Positions 35,701 to 48,946 of a stretch of 64,000 nucleotides of DNA are shown one piece after another. The number at the start of each line of letters is the position of its first letter. The stretch's first letter is position 1. This stretch comes from Setoptus koraiensis. Lineage: Eukaryota > Animalia > Arthropoda. Position numbers and translations under genes: made by a program. The stretch lies in assembly GCA_048013815.1 (NCBI GenBank), contig CM106586.1, forward strand, positions 19,344,001 to 19,408,000, in the 5' to 3' direction. Under the pieces are notes generated by a model, which ran no database searches, was not told the origin of the DNA, and saw nothing but the letters and a program-made list of their open reading frames with translations.

Positions 35701-38700
35701 AATGCTGGAATTAATCAAGAAGGTTCAGAATTGGGTGATGACACCGCCTTCACCGGCAAACATGATGAAATTGAAGAGGCTGGTTTAGGATTCGATAAGA
35801 ACGTCGTCGTGAATCCAGACAATGATAAAATCTCTCCAAAATCTGACACAAATGGTCCGCTCCTCCATCAATATGATGAAGTCAAAGAGAAAGATCCGGG
35901 TTTTGATGACAGCCATATCTTCACCGGCAAACATGATGAAATTGAAGAGGCTGGTTTAGGATTCGATGAGAACGTCGTCGTGAATCCTGACAATGATAAA
36001 ATCTCTCCAAAATCTGACACAAATGGACCGCTCCTTCATCAATATGATGAAGTCAAAGAAGAAGATCCAGGTTTTGATGACAGCCATATCTTCACCGGCA
36101 AACATGATGAAGTCAATCAGGATAATTTGCGATTCGATGGAGGTTTCACTTCAAACGATGACCAAGTCAAACAGGAGATTCCCAGGTTAGTTGAGGATGA
36201 CTCTTTCACTCAACTCAAGTATGACAACCATGTTGAAAGCGACGATGATGTGAGAAAGGAGGTTATGGAGGGTGGTGCGGTAGTTGACGAGACAAATTCG
36301 ATCGAGCCAGTGGATAATGTCCGAGATGAAATATCACAGGACAATGTGGGTGATCATGAGGCCGAAGATAGCAAAATTGATGAGCCACATCAAAATAATA
36401 TTATTAGTGCTGTTGAAGATAATGCAGGCACCGAAAATATTGTTCATTCTAATCAAGACCAAGTATTGAACGAAGACACGTACAAACATCCAGAGAAATC
36501 CGGAGTGGAAAGTCACGATGAGGTCCCTGATATTAATCCAACTGTAGATAGCAAATCAGAAACGGATGAAATTGAAGGAAAAGAAGAAAAAGAAACTGAT
36601 AGCATCGATGTTGATAATATTGAACATGTAGATAAAGTTGAAACTTATAAATCAGACTTGGGTAATCAAAACACACAAGATAATACATTGCGAAAACTTT
36701 CAGGTATTGATAATGAGGGTTTCGAAGGGACAAATAACCAGGGAGTCGAGGAAAATCTGGAAGGACACCAGCACCTCGAAGAAGATGAACGAGATCCAAA
36801 ATTAGGTGATGATGTCGACGTGTCTGAACACCACGTTGAAGCCGAGCAAGATGGTTTAAGGTTTGACGGAAATGATGAGCTGACCCAACATCTCAGTGAA
36901 GCGGGAGACAATGTTTTAAGACTTCAAAACGATGTCGCTCTCACTCAAAGCAATGCTGGAATTAATCAAGAAGATTCGGAATTGGGTGATGACACCGCCT
37001 TCACCGATCAACATGATGAAATTGAAGAGGCTGGTTCAAGATTCGGTGAGATCGTCGTCGTGAATCCTGACAATGATAAAATCTCTCCAAAATCTGACAC
37101 AAATGGACCGCTCCTTCATCAATATGATGAAGTCAAAGAAGAAGATCCAGGTTTTGATGACAGCCATATCTTCACCGGCAAACATGATGAAGTCAATCAG
37201 GATAATTTGCAATTCGATGGAGGTTTCACTTCAAACGATGACCAAGTCAAACAGGAGATTCCCAGGTTAGTTGAGGATGACTCTTTCACTCAACTCAAGT
37301 ATGACAACCATGTTGAAAGCGACGATGATGTGAGAAAGGAGGTTATGGAGGGTGGTGCGGTAGTTGACGAGACAAATTCGATCGAGCCAGTGGATAATGT
37401 CCGAGATGAAATATCACAGGACAATGTGGGTGATCATGAGGCCAAAGATAGCAAAATTGATGAGCCCCATCAAAATAATATTGTTAGTGCTGTTGAAAAC
37501 AATACAGGCACCGAAAATATTGTTCATCCTAATCACGAGCAACTATTGAACGAAGACACGTACAAACATCCAGAGAAATCCGGAGTGGAAAGTCACGATG
37601 AGGTCCCTGATATTAATCCAACTGTAGATAGCAAATCAGAAACGGATGAAATTGAAGGAAAAGAAGAAAAAGAAACTGATAGCATCGATGTTGATAATAT
37701 TGAACATGTAGATAAAGTTGAAACTTATAAATCAGACTTGGGTAATCAAAATACACAAGATAATACATTGCGAAAACTTTCAGGTATTGATAATGAGGGT
37801 TTCGAAGGGACAAATAACCAGGGAGTCGAGGAAAATCTGGAAGGACACCAGCACCTCGAAGAAGATGAACGAGATCCAAAATTAGGTGATGATGTCGATG
37901 TGTCTGAACACCACGTTGAAGCCGAGCAAGATGTTTTAAGGTTTGACGGAAATGATGAGCTGACCCAACATCTCAGTGAAATAGGAGATAATGTTTCAAA
38001 ACTTCAAAACGATGTCGCTCTCACCCAAAGCATTGATGAAATCAATCAGGAACATCTGATACTGAGTGATGACACTACCCTCACACATCAGCATGGTGAA
38101 ATCTTTTCAAAACCTGATGCAAATGATCCATTCGTCCATCGATATGATGAGGTCAAAGAAAAAGATCCTGGTTTCAATGATAGCCATGTCCCCACCGGCA
38201 ATCGTGATGGAATCAATCAGGACATTTTGCAATTCGATGAAGCTTTCACCTCTACTCCAAATCACGACCAGATCAAACACGAGGTTTCGAAATTAAATGA
38301 AGACGATGCATTCACTCAACAAAATAATAACCCTGTTGGCAAAGACGACGATGTAGGGAAAGTTGTGGACCGCGATTCCGTTGTGGAGGAGACAATAAAC
38401 GAATCAAGAAACTTCGATTTCAGCCTAATTAACTTCGCTAAGGATAGCAGCCTACCATCAACTCAGGTAGGAGAGAATTCACCCGTTTTCGAGAGTTTTA
38501 CGTTCTCCAAACAAGCGGTGCCAGAAATTTCGCATACTAACTACAATTTTCCGCGAACACTAAGTGAGAGTGATAATAACGAGAAACCCGGTGAGTTAAT
38601 AGACGAGCTAGACCTTGGTCGAAAGGACTCCAGCGATCAACATGTTCAGCAAACTTCTTCTAAACCTTCTGAGCTCATAAGTCATATTAAAGAAATTGCC

Positions 38701-38772
38701 AAAGATTCAGATTACGATCTGGGTCCATCTGTGTATGGTATCACATCCGATAGTCGAGATAGAGTGAATTAA
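32720..38772 (+). CDS. MDM1: MDM1-family microtubule/centriole protein, large terminal exon (~6 kb) with acidic repeat tail
   Basis: Repeated (S/T)EY motifs MSEYKEQFKW, TSEYTKQYAW and FKTEYKSKFKPFTEYVY, plus PWYREVIKRNEKANEYR..DHL. These match the MDM1 pattern as recalled (SEYRAKF..QYLY; WYAEVKELREKAEFYR..DHL). Acceptor TAG at 32719; the first ~68 residues of the ORF track entry are probably intronic. Confidence 0.78.
35041..38390 (+). repeat. Three in-frame ~1.08-kb acidic repeats (starts 35041, 36292, 37372); copy 1 has an extra 171-bp internal duplication; copy 3 diverges at its 3' end
   Basis: Unit start ACAAATTCGATC(A/G)AGCCAGTGGATAATG; periods 1251 and 1080 bp; duplicated shadow ORFs. 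Confidence 0.92.
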
Positions 38773-39907
38773 GATATGATTGTTAATGTTGTTGATAACC
38801 TTCAAGATATTGGTCACGGAGTGGTCAATTGTCTCTGAGGGAGTTATGTATTCCTATTGATATATCTATTAGCTTAAGATTGACTCAGATATTCATCCAT
38901 GAACTTGTATGAACTTAAAAAAAAGCTTTTGGCCAATCTATGATATTTAATGTTATTGTTCAACACTCTATCAACTAGGCAAGCTCTCACTATGTCTCTG
39001 GTGATTGCACTCATGATACACGAATTCAAGTATTCTCATGTTTATGATTATAACCTATTACAATAGGAATAATATTATTCTATATAACAGTAGCAGCAGC
39101 AGCAGCAACAACAACCACCATCACCACAACAAAATACACAGACTACTTACACCGTTAGTGTCAGTCTCGAGTTTGCACCATGACAGCTCAAATTACTTGA
39201 GCAACTATGTCACCACCATCGCCTTGCTCCTGAATCCGTATTCGTCGTTATATGTGGTTTCGAACCATCACAACTATTTGATTCTTGCAATGTAAAACAA
39301 AATGACAGTATTACCTTATTAAATTATATATAAATACAACATATATACACAACTGTGAACACACCAGAGGCTACATGGTATTGAGCATATGCAAGCAAAC
39401 ATACGCACTCTCTCATGTACAGATGGTATTATATAACATGATTAGTGTTAGTAGGTAGCTTTATTATGTGTAAACTACAAGCTTTTTCGACAAGTTTTTG
39501 TGCAAAGCCGATTATTTATTCTAAACGAAACAAACAAAAAGTTGCAGACGATGGATGGAGCCAGGAAGAAACTGCAAGACATTACGTAATATAAATACTA
39601 ATCCATCTAGTGATCATGATATATAGCATAGGCCTCTTTGAAATGATAACAATAAAATATATTATGCAAACAGGCTTGATTTGTCTATTTCGTGCAGTTT
39701 ATTTTGTTAGGCGTAACTGTGTGTGTTTGAATTTTCTTGTTTTTCTGGACTTTGCGACACACGAGATCTTTTGCGCGCCTTGAATTCGAGAGGGCGCTTC
39801 AATCCATTTAGACCACGAGACCAGTCTCATTTAATTTAATTCAATAATATTTTTGCTAAGCCTGCTTGTGACGCCTCGAATTGTGTAGCAGTAGTTTGCA
39901 GGAGAGT

Positions 39908-39911
<4 letters not shown>

Positions 39912-39982
<71 letters not shown>
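39912..39982. repeat. (GA)n microsatellite, ~35 units, upstream of the ANKFN1/wake-like gene
   Basis: Direct reading. Confidence 0.97.
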
Positions 39983-39985
<3 letters not shown>

Positions 39986-40726
39986 ATGCTTGTTACAAAG
40001 TATTAACATACCATTTATCTGTCGCGTGTGACGTATGGCTGATTTGGGGGCGCGCGCAGTCTCGGTGAGTTGGTTTGAGCGGCGAGGGGGCGCACTGGCC
40101 GCTGTTGTTTGGTTTGGTGGCGATACGATTGGTAAAGACAGTTGGTTGACGGCGCCTCCTCCGGACATTTGTCAGTGTTTGGCGAAACAAGAACTGGTGC
40201 GCGCACAAACAAAAAACAGGTATCTCATTAATCGATCATTGATCGATTATTGGCCATAATTTATTTATTAGAGCCGGTCAAATCAAGTGAGTCGTTTCAA
40301 CGTGATTGTAATGTTTGGCGAATGTAGCTCAACTTACGTAGTGATGACAGTCAGAGTGGTCGAAATGCAACCCAAGTGCAAGCAACCATCGGCGTACTGT
40401 TAAGCGACAATAGAAATTACAACTCAAGAAGAGGCCCGACAGAAAAGAAAGATGCATCGTCAGCAGCAAAGAGAAGCAACGTAAATAAACTAGCGCCGTT
40501 AGTGTACAACAGCATCACGTCAGCAAGTTATATAATTGAGTGAGAATGTCGATTTGCGAGTGATACTTTATAAACTACATGAACACCAAGACACCAACAA
40601 TGTTACTTGTTGTTGCGACAATCGACAACAATCTGTGTCGATAGTGAGGCTGTAAAATAAAAGCAGATATCATTGTGAGAATTGTGCTGAATAGTCGCCG
40701 CCGATCAGATTGGCCCGCCACAAATT

Positions 40727-40854
40727 ATGTCTATGGCCGGCCACGAGAGAAGTGGTCGCGACGAGCGACCCTCAATAGGCAATCTTAGCTTCGATCGTGC
40801 CGCAGTGCTCATATTGCGCATTAAGCGTGCCTTTCACCGGAAGAAACCCAAAAG
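40727..40854 (+). CDS. Probable first coding exon of the ANKFN1/wide awake-like gene
   Basis: ATG 40727, MSMAGHERSGRDERPSIGNLSFDRAAVLILRIKRAFHRKKPK; donor AG|GTAAGT, phase 2, matches the acceptor at 44039. Too short for the ORF track. Confidence 0.55.
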
Positions 40855-41058
40855 GTAAGTTGACGTCAGAGTAGGGTGTTTGTCAGAGTTTGTGTCATTG
40901 TGACACAACGACAAGTTGTTATGAGTCGGTTGTGAGTTGCGAATAATGCGAGCAGTTGAGTTTTTTTCAACGGACGTCGAGTGGGCCATTGAGCGGGACA
41001 CCTCTCAGAGGCGAGTGACCAACGAAACGTGCCGCCGTCACTTGGGGCGACTCGCCAG

Positions 41059-41147
41059 TTGAATCCGTTGCTGCCAGCCAATTGAATCCATTGCTGCCAG
41101 CCAATTGAATCCGTTGCTGCCAGCCAATTGAATCCGTTGCTGCCAGC
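41059..41147. repeat. 23-bp tandem repeat (TTGAATCCGTTGCTGCCAGCCAA) x4
   Basis: Direct reading; no spacers. Confidence 0.92.
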
Positions 41148-42850
41148 AAGCAACATTGCGCAACGAAAAAATATTGTTTCGGGTGCGTCAGGTATTTGCG
41201 TCATCGTTATACTACGTTGTTATAATACTATTGTGACAACAGGCAGCCAATGACGCAACACAATATTGAGAGACGCTCGTTGAGGACGGGCCAAAAATGA
41301 TTATTGTTACGCATGATGTGAACGCATGTGTTTCGTGTGTGTGTGGGGGGGGGCGCTGTTGTGGGCCGTTGGCCAGCATGGGGCCCACAAAACAATCGCT
41401 TACGTTGCGTCATGATGTGTTTATCATATTAAATATATGCGATGAATGCCATTAATAGTGACTGGTCAAGTGCACAACTAACAGTTCAGTGGCAGGTAAT
41501 GGTCAACAGCGAGCGGCCAGCAAGAAGAAGAAGAAGAAACAAATTGCACCACAGTTTACGTACTGACCATGAAAGCATATCGAAAGAGCATATCTCCCTG
41601 GCGCGCAATTGTACCCGTTATTCGAGCCCCTTTTATTCATCACAACCTGGCTGGCCGACCGGCTGGCATCTGGTTGGTTCGTGCGGACACGCTATACAAA
41701 CAATCGCTGGCCATCGCTGGTTCATTAGTCGCTGTTTGTTTTGTCCACTCGAGTGCGAGTCGATGGCGGCACTGGCCGCGTCCATCGATCACCGTCGCGC
41801 CCACGCCAGCTAAAGCGGCAGCAGCAGCAGCCACCGACAACAACAACAACAACCGCAACCGCCGCCAAACTGACCACTTGCAAACAGAGCGCATATGTAA
41901 TGAGAGAGAGCACATTGTTGTTTGTACATATTGTGTAGCTGGCATTGGTAACAACAACAATATCGGCAGCACGAGCAATTACACGCGCGTACCGATACCG
42001 ATTGTCCAATTAGCCAATTGTCAAATTAGCCGACGCGGCTAACTCGATTGGCCCATTCCGATCCATTGCCAAACCGATCGAGTTAGCATATTGTTGTTGC
42101 GGGCGCGTATTGTTGTTCATTGCTGATTAGCGGCCTCGGCACAACCGGCCAGCGAGTTTTGCTGCAGCGGAATGCCGCATAACTTGTACGGTTGTGCCGG
42201 ACACCGGCACAAGTGGTCGGCCGGTGTGGTTTTCAGTCAGAGTAAACAAATTTGTTTTGATAAATTTATCTAATGGTGCTGTGGCCGCTCTGCGCTGGCC
42301 ACTCTGCGCTGGCCACTCTGCGCTGGTCACTCTGCTCTGGTCACTCTGCTCTGGTCACTGTGCGCCGACCAGTCGTCCGCTGGACACTGCGCTGGTCAGT
42401 CTGCCGCCGGTCACTGCGCGCCGCTCGGTCCTCCGCTGGTCACTCTGGGCTGGTCAGTGGTATGTCGGTTGTCCGGTGTGCTCCGGCCAGCGCGAGCCCA
42501 AGAAATAGATTAGCCAATTGAGTTAAGTAGTGTGTTCTGCAACGGGGGCACGCTGGCAAGCTAGCTGCCAGCGAAGGACCGGCAAAGGCCGGCCTGGCTG
42601 GCACGGCTGCGGACACGGATGAATAGAGTTGGCGCACATTATCGCGTTTGTGTGTTATTGATTATTGACCGTGCTTGAGCGGTCTGCGCCAGTCCGTCGC
42701 GATCGGGCACCCATCGGGGTGGCGCTGTGACAGTGAGCCCGACGGCAACCGCGCACCAAAGGCCACCAAATGTATGCCGCACATCGGACATATACACAGC
42801 GCCGTTTGAGCACAGGTAACGCGGCCCGCGAACCGTTAAGACGGTTGTAA

Positions 42851-42922
42851 CCGTTACACGGATATATACCGTTACCGTTACACGGATATATACCGTTACC
42901 GTTACACGGATATATACCGTTA
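42851..42922. repeat. Exact 24-bp tandem repeat (CCGTTACACGGATATATACCGTTA) x3
   Basis: Units start at 42851, 42875 and 42899. Confidence 0.95.
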
Positions 42923-44039
42923 CCGGTGCACGGTGCGGGCCAGGGAGTGCCACGATTCTTCGAATGACAACTCTTCGAACAGCCGCTGACTGGCGGACGC
43001 GGCATCAGGTGAGCGGGCGTCACTAGCTGGGGCACGTTGAGCGGCTGTAACTCGCGGGCCGTAACTCGCGGGCCGCACGATCATCAGACTGTGATGGTAT
43101 GCAGAGCGACAGAGCGAAAGTTCAACGATCGCCACCGATATGGCGCCTTCATTGCTGATTAGCGGCTCCACTGGCTGATTAATGAGGCGCTTTATTAATG
43201 GTGCATCGTTCAAGCGGTCAAGGGGTGGCCGGCAGTTGATGCGCCCTTTGCCGGCCCATTCGTTCCCATTGGCCATTGCACAGATAAACAGATAATATAC
43301 ATATATATATTACGTAATATATGCAACAGCATACATGATTGCGCAGGCGAGCGAGATAATTGATCGTTGCCCATTTGAGGCCGGCTCGCCGAGTTGCGTC
43401 TTCACAGGCTGTGGTTGCCAAATGCATGGCAGTGGCCAGTTAACGCAAACGGTCTGCGCGCCGGCGGATACATTATCTAATTAACAGCGACCAGATGGGT
43501 GCGTTTGCGAATGTTGGGCGGCGGCCCGGCCGCTTGGTCCGCGCGCCGCCAGGTTTGCGGTGACCGTGGCTGGCCGCGGTCCGCGGATGATGCCGGTTGC
43601 GTAACTGCGCGCCATGATAACTCATCATTGACTCACTTATCATTGGCGCGGCGCCTTGCGGCCAGACCAGATTGCCGCTGGCGGTGAATTGGCGGTGAAT
43701 CGGCGGTGAATTGGTAGCGGTCCGACCATGAATTGCGTCGGCCATTGTTGTGCCATATGATCGCGATTGTAACTCATATTTCGCTGGCGAATCGCGAGTC
43801 TCATCATGAGACTCTCATGTAACATCGATTGAGCCACTAGCGAGCTATATTGTGCGCGCCGACGAGCATCAGCTGATAAACCAGCTGATGCTCGTCGCGC
43901 GATAATTAATCAATCAACTATTAATTAACTGTTTGCCCTGTATTAACTTTGTTAATTTCACTAATTGATTTGCCCGGCGCGCGCCGCGTGTGTGCGATAT
44001 TGACGCCGCTGTGACAATCAACGACAATCCAACCGACAG

Positions 44040-44743
44040 CGGCAAGTCGAAACAGGTGAGCGCCAACGAGCTTGGCGCGGCGCTGTTCTTTCGCGGCAGC
44101 GGCGCCAACAACAGCGCCAACAACAACTACGGTCTGACGGGCGGCAAGACCAGCCAGAGATCGGCGCGCGGATCCTTCAGGAGCAGCAAGTCGTTTAAGC
44201 AATTGAGGAGGGCGCTAACCTTGCCCGCCATCATAACGCCCCCAGTGAACATAATACAAGCTCAAGTGAATCCCGACGCAGTGGTCACCATGTCGTCGCT
44301 GGCCAAACAATTTTTCACCAGCAACACAAGCAACAACCCAAACCAGGCCACCAACTTGCACATCAACAATCTGCACGAGACGCTGCAATCTAGCTCAAAA
44401 TATCAAGCCGGTCAGCAGTATCAAAATATGACAGCATTGGAACAGCAGAGCATTTGCCGCAATTTGCCAGCCACCACCATCAGTGACAACAATGACAACA
44501 ATGACAGCACCATTAACAATGACACTACCACCACCACCAACAACAGCAACAACAACAGCAACAACAACAGCAACAACAACAGAAGCACCCGAAACAGCAA
44601 CACCAGCATCAATCAAAAGCAGCTAGACGGTCTCGAGGCGGCCCAACAGCAACAGTTGCTGAACAACTATTACATCTACCAATTGAATTGCCTCAATTTT
44701 GCCCAGCAAGAGGCCCAGTGCTACCTGAACCAGTCGGCCTCGG
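44040..44743 (+). CDS. Probable exon 2 of the ANKFN1/wake-like gene (N/Q-rich)
   Basis: Open frame with GSFRSSKSFKQLRRALTLPAIITPPVNIIQAQV; donor G|GTGAGT at 44744, phase 1; acceptor position inferred from phase. Confidence 0.6.
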
Positions 44744-46380
44744 GTGAGTATCGAATTTCGATAATGGAAATGAGTGCAACTGACAATTGACAATTTGAGA
44801 GCAGCAGTCAGATTAATTCAATTTTAATTTGCATGCCATTACGCGCGCAATGTTTGCCGCCACGTTGTGTCGACGGCCGCTGGGGCCCCTGTTAACATTT
44901 GTCCACACAAATGTTGACAGCCTCAGCGGCTGGCCACCGTGGAATCGCTTGTTAGTTGTCGACTGTTGGTTGTCGACTGTTGGTTGTCGACTATTAGCTG
45001 TCGGTACACATATCGGCAGTGTGTCGGCAGTGTAATGACTATTATCTGCTTATTATCGACAGTCGGTATTATTCAGTTGGGCCAGACAGTGGCCCAACTG
45101 AATTTCGTGCCCCCGTCTGGTTTGTGTCCCGTGTCCGAGACGCAAACAAACTTATTGCACGTCATGGTGTCTTTAGACGGGCCCCGTTTGGCCACTATCC
45201 GGGCCAGTATTGGCATAAAGCTGTTGCCAGTATTGGCAAGAGCTTTATGCTAATGATGACCTTATGCTAATCGATTGTTGCTTGTTTGGCCCCCCGTCTC
45301 GCCTTCGTTGCCGGTGCCGGTTTCGTCTAGCCGTGTGTCGACCCCCTTTTTCTGTGTGTCGCCAGACAATCGCTATTTTTTTTTGTTTGTGTGAGAGAGT
45401 AACAATATACAATGGAGGCAAAAGTCGAATAGAAGCAGACACTGTTACATAATAGACGGTTGTTGCGTGCTCTATGGTGGTAGTGTCGCCACACTAGACG
45501 GTCTCTCTGGATATCTCTGGATGTCATCAAAATTCAACAGTCGATAGTCGAAAGTTGATGGCATGTTGAGTATGTCGATAGTGGCAACAGGGCCCACGAT
45601 TGGCCGCTAAATGATTCAGGCGACAAGAGATTCGGATAGAGGGTGACCTTGCGGCATTATAATGAGCTCATTGGCGAGTCAGTTGCGTCTGTGTGACGGT
45701 TGCGCATGGGGCGACTTTGATACAAAAATGAATAACAAGATAACCCCAAACGATCCACTGGCACACGTACTGGCAGCGCCGGGTAACATTTTGGGCAATG
45801 CCATTGTATTGTTATACATGTGATACTACACGCTTAATACGTTGTTACATCATAACAACGTTATAACAAGTATTATGCAATGTATTTCAATACAATATAT
45901 TATAACGCCATCAAAAATGCACTGAATATAATATATTGATAGTGCTACTCACTTGTCAGATTTATCACACTCTATTGGCATCGCCTGCAGTTAACTACAA
46001 CTGACCACGCATCGTTTGTCAGTGCAAACAGTCGATGATCAGGGTCAGTTGTTTGACAAATTGTCCACAAGCAACTGGGCCGATCAGCCGATCACACTGG
46101 CCAGACTCATCACAGGGTCTGCAGGGTGTCGACAGCTTGACTCGGGCACACGCAGCAAATCATTTGCGCAGCCTTGCCGGGCCCCTCAACTTGTGTGCAG
46201 CGTCTGCCAAAAGCAACCATTAGCTCGCCATTAGCTCGCCATCAGATCGAACAACAACCAACCCAAAGCTGCCGAGAGGCCGAATCTCGTGACACCGAAC
46301 TTGTCGCAACGGCGAGCTTGCGGCGGGGCCGAAATATCACGAGGCCGAAAAATGGCAACGCCGATGCTCACACCGATACA

Positions 46381-46504
46381 AGATTCTAGTAAAAATAATC
46401 ATATACGACATATATCCGGTATGTACCGATAAAAATATCCGATCCATACAGACCGATAGAACAGCCGAATATTGGCGTACTCTGTTTATTTTCACTAGAA
46501 TCTT
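46381..46504. mobile_element. 124-bp AT-rich MITE-like element with 22-bp terminal inverted repeats
   Basis: AAGATTCTAGTAAAAATAATCA vs reverse complement of 46483-46504, AAGATTCTAGTGAAAATAAACA (20/22); no clear target-site duplication. Confidence 0.4.
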
Positions 46505-47389
46505 GTCTCGCCAACTCGCAAATTGCAACTGTGTCACAACTTGTCTAACTGCAACTGCGAATCGCATTCACAAATTTCGACCGATTTGCACTTGTGTGCA
46601 TGCATCATTTTGCGCCGATCTAATTGCAAAAATAATTGCTGTTGCTCATTAACTGCCAACAGTGTTGCTGTCGATCATGTCGAGCCCGTTTAATCATGGC
46701 CGTGCCAGTATATTACATGAAATACACGGCACGAAATAGCAGTGTCAAGTGAGTTTTTTGACAACCGTTGTGACAATTCACAGCACACGCCGGAGTTCGT
46801 TTGCAACTTGCAAGCTGGCACCAAGTGACTTCGAATGGCACCAAACAAACCATTTGCAACGGCTCATGCCTAGTGGCTATAAATAATGGCTATTTGCGCT
46901 GATTTGTATAATAGTGGCTCGCAAACGACTGGCCACTGGCATTGCCAGAAAATCACATGCGAGCATGCAAGAAAATGGCCAATCGGCGCAAATATTTTCA
47001 CGACGCAACGAGGCCTCTGTGTTTGGCGCGTATAATAGCTGCCGTCCGTGATTAGTGCTACAAACTATTGATTAATTACATGCCCTTGCGACCGATTGTT
47101 AGCCGTGTTGTCGGGCGGCTTGTGCCGCGTCTAGCGACAAGCCGCTTCGAAACGGGCCCCATTGGACATGCTCGCATAACAAGTGCGATTTGCATTTTCT
47201 CTGCACGCTCGCTTGTTTGCTTTTTGCCACACATGACACGAGCAGTTCCTTGAACTTGACATTCTCCAGCTGTTTCTCTAGTCAGCCGTTTTATAGGCTC
47301 GGTCTGTTTCGCGCGAAACCGAAACTGGCTCGATGGGCCTTTCCGAAAAAAAAAACGGACCCCGTTCGCCAATCGACCTTTCATCGTCG

Positions 47390-47645
47390 ACTCAAGTTCA
47401 TCGTCGATTCGAGTTCATCGTCACCCGAATTCATCGCCGATCCAAATTCATCGCCAATCCGAATTCATCGTCATCTGAATTCGTCGATCATTCGGCGCAC
47501 CTTCGAGGGCCATCAGAGATTTCGCACGTCTCGCACGAACGCCATACGGAATTCACATCAATTTTTTTTTTTCTAAAAAGATCGACGCGATTTTCGGTTT
47601 TTCCGGAAGAAATCGACGCGATTTTCGGTTTTTCCGAAAAAAATC
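47390..47645. repeat. Degenerate ~17-18-bp repeat (AATTCATCG core) followed by a ~31-bp duplication (ATCGACGCGATTTTCGGTTTTTCCG)
   Basis: Direct reading. Confidence 0.8.
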
Positions 47646-48720
47646 CATGAGATTTTTCGTTTTTTCAATTTTTTTTTCTGCGCCGAAAATTAGCGCCGGA
47701 AAATTTGCGTCGCCAGTTTCCGGCTGGAATTTTCACCGCCAACTGCAAGATTGTTCTAAGTAGAAAATTCGGAAGCTCTCTTGAGCGAAATCTGGTGACG
47801 CCGAAGCGCGGCACCTGTACTCAACAACGACCCCAATGAACTGATTTGCCGGTTGCGAGGGCGCTGTCAAGCGATCGGGCGCATTCAAGCGCCCCTTAAT
47901 TAGGCTGGCTCGCTCAGCCTGTGTTCATAATGACAGACGATCAGCGAAAAGAAATGCTAATCTGTTCGACAATTCCAAGTTCATTTGGGGGTGTGAGCCT
48001 TAGTGTGTTCGGCAAGGTCGGCTGGTATAAAAACAAAGCCATCAGAAATTAATGATATGCTAATGTGGCTTGCACACCATAAATTTTGTCAGTTGTGCGC
48101 GTTGCGCAAACAAAATACGGGCTAACAGGGGGACTATAGCTAGCCCCATTTAGTCATTCAGCGTTTGTGGCCCCCAAGCACTAATGGCTGTCCTAGGGAC
48201 AGCGATTAGCGCGCCATCGGGGCGCCAATTAGAAATCAAAAAATGTAACGAGTGCGCCTATTAATTGCTTCCTCTCTTGTTTGCTTGAAATGCTGCTGAT
48301 TCCTTCGTCACGTAACGACTCCGTCCGTATGGTTATGAAAACAAAATATACAACGCATATTATTTGGTCATTGTAACCTCATTAATGTCGAATAATGATG
48401 AAAATTTTGCCGGATGGGACGGCGCACAAAAAACAAAAAACAAACTGCAACAACGAAATAATTCAATGACCAAAAGACGAGACTTCGCTCCTCAAGCGAC
48501 TGAGCCACAAGATTGTGCCTAGCGATCACTTTGCGCGTCATTCGAAACACTCAAACCAGTCGGGAGGTAGGTAGCAGCCAGCGAAATTATCAGGGATATC
48601 AGGCATCACCGACAAGTAACTAATGCGCCCTTTTTGTCGCTTTTCGTTTCGAACCAATGCCATTTTCATCGCTAATTATCCATCGTGGTCCCAATAACCG
48701 GCTGCACGGAACTGACGCAG

Positions 48721-48946
48721 GTAAATCGCCCGACGACCTGATGGAGCTGCCCATGTTCGGAATGCTGGCCGGCCAGCAGCAAATGGAGAGCGACCAGATG
48801 CTGGAGCAACAGTACCAGAACCAGCAATCGTCGCTCGATTGCGGCTACCAATTGGAGCGGCCCTCGCATTTGCCTTATCTGCTGGCCTCCGAGCAATCGC
48901 TGGCCACGCAGTATTTTTCGGCCCCGCAACCGAGCCCCGCAAAAAG
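48721..48946 (+). CDS. Probable exon 3 of the ANKFN1/wake-like gene
   Basis: Acceptor CAG at 48720 (phase 1), GKSPDDLMELPMFGMLAGQQQ...PSPAK, donor AG|GTGAGT (phase 2). Confidence 0.6.

Noticed and set aside
45800-45900. AT-rich nested dyads (ATTGTATTG/CAATACAAT; CGTTGTTA/TAACAACG) as a pre-miRNA
   Set aside because: Short interrupted stems expected by chance in very AT-rich sequence.
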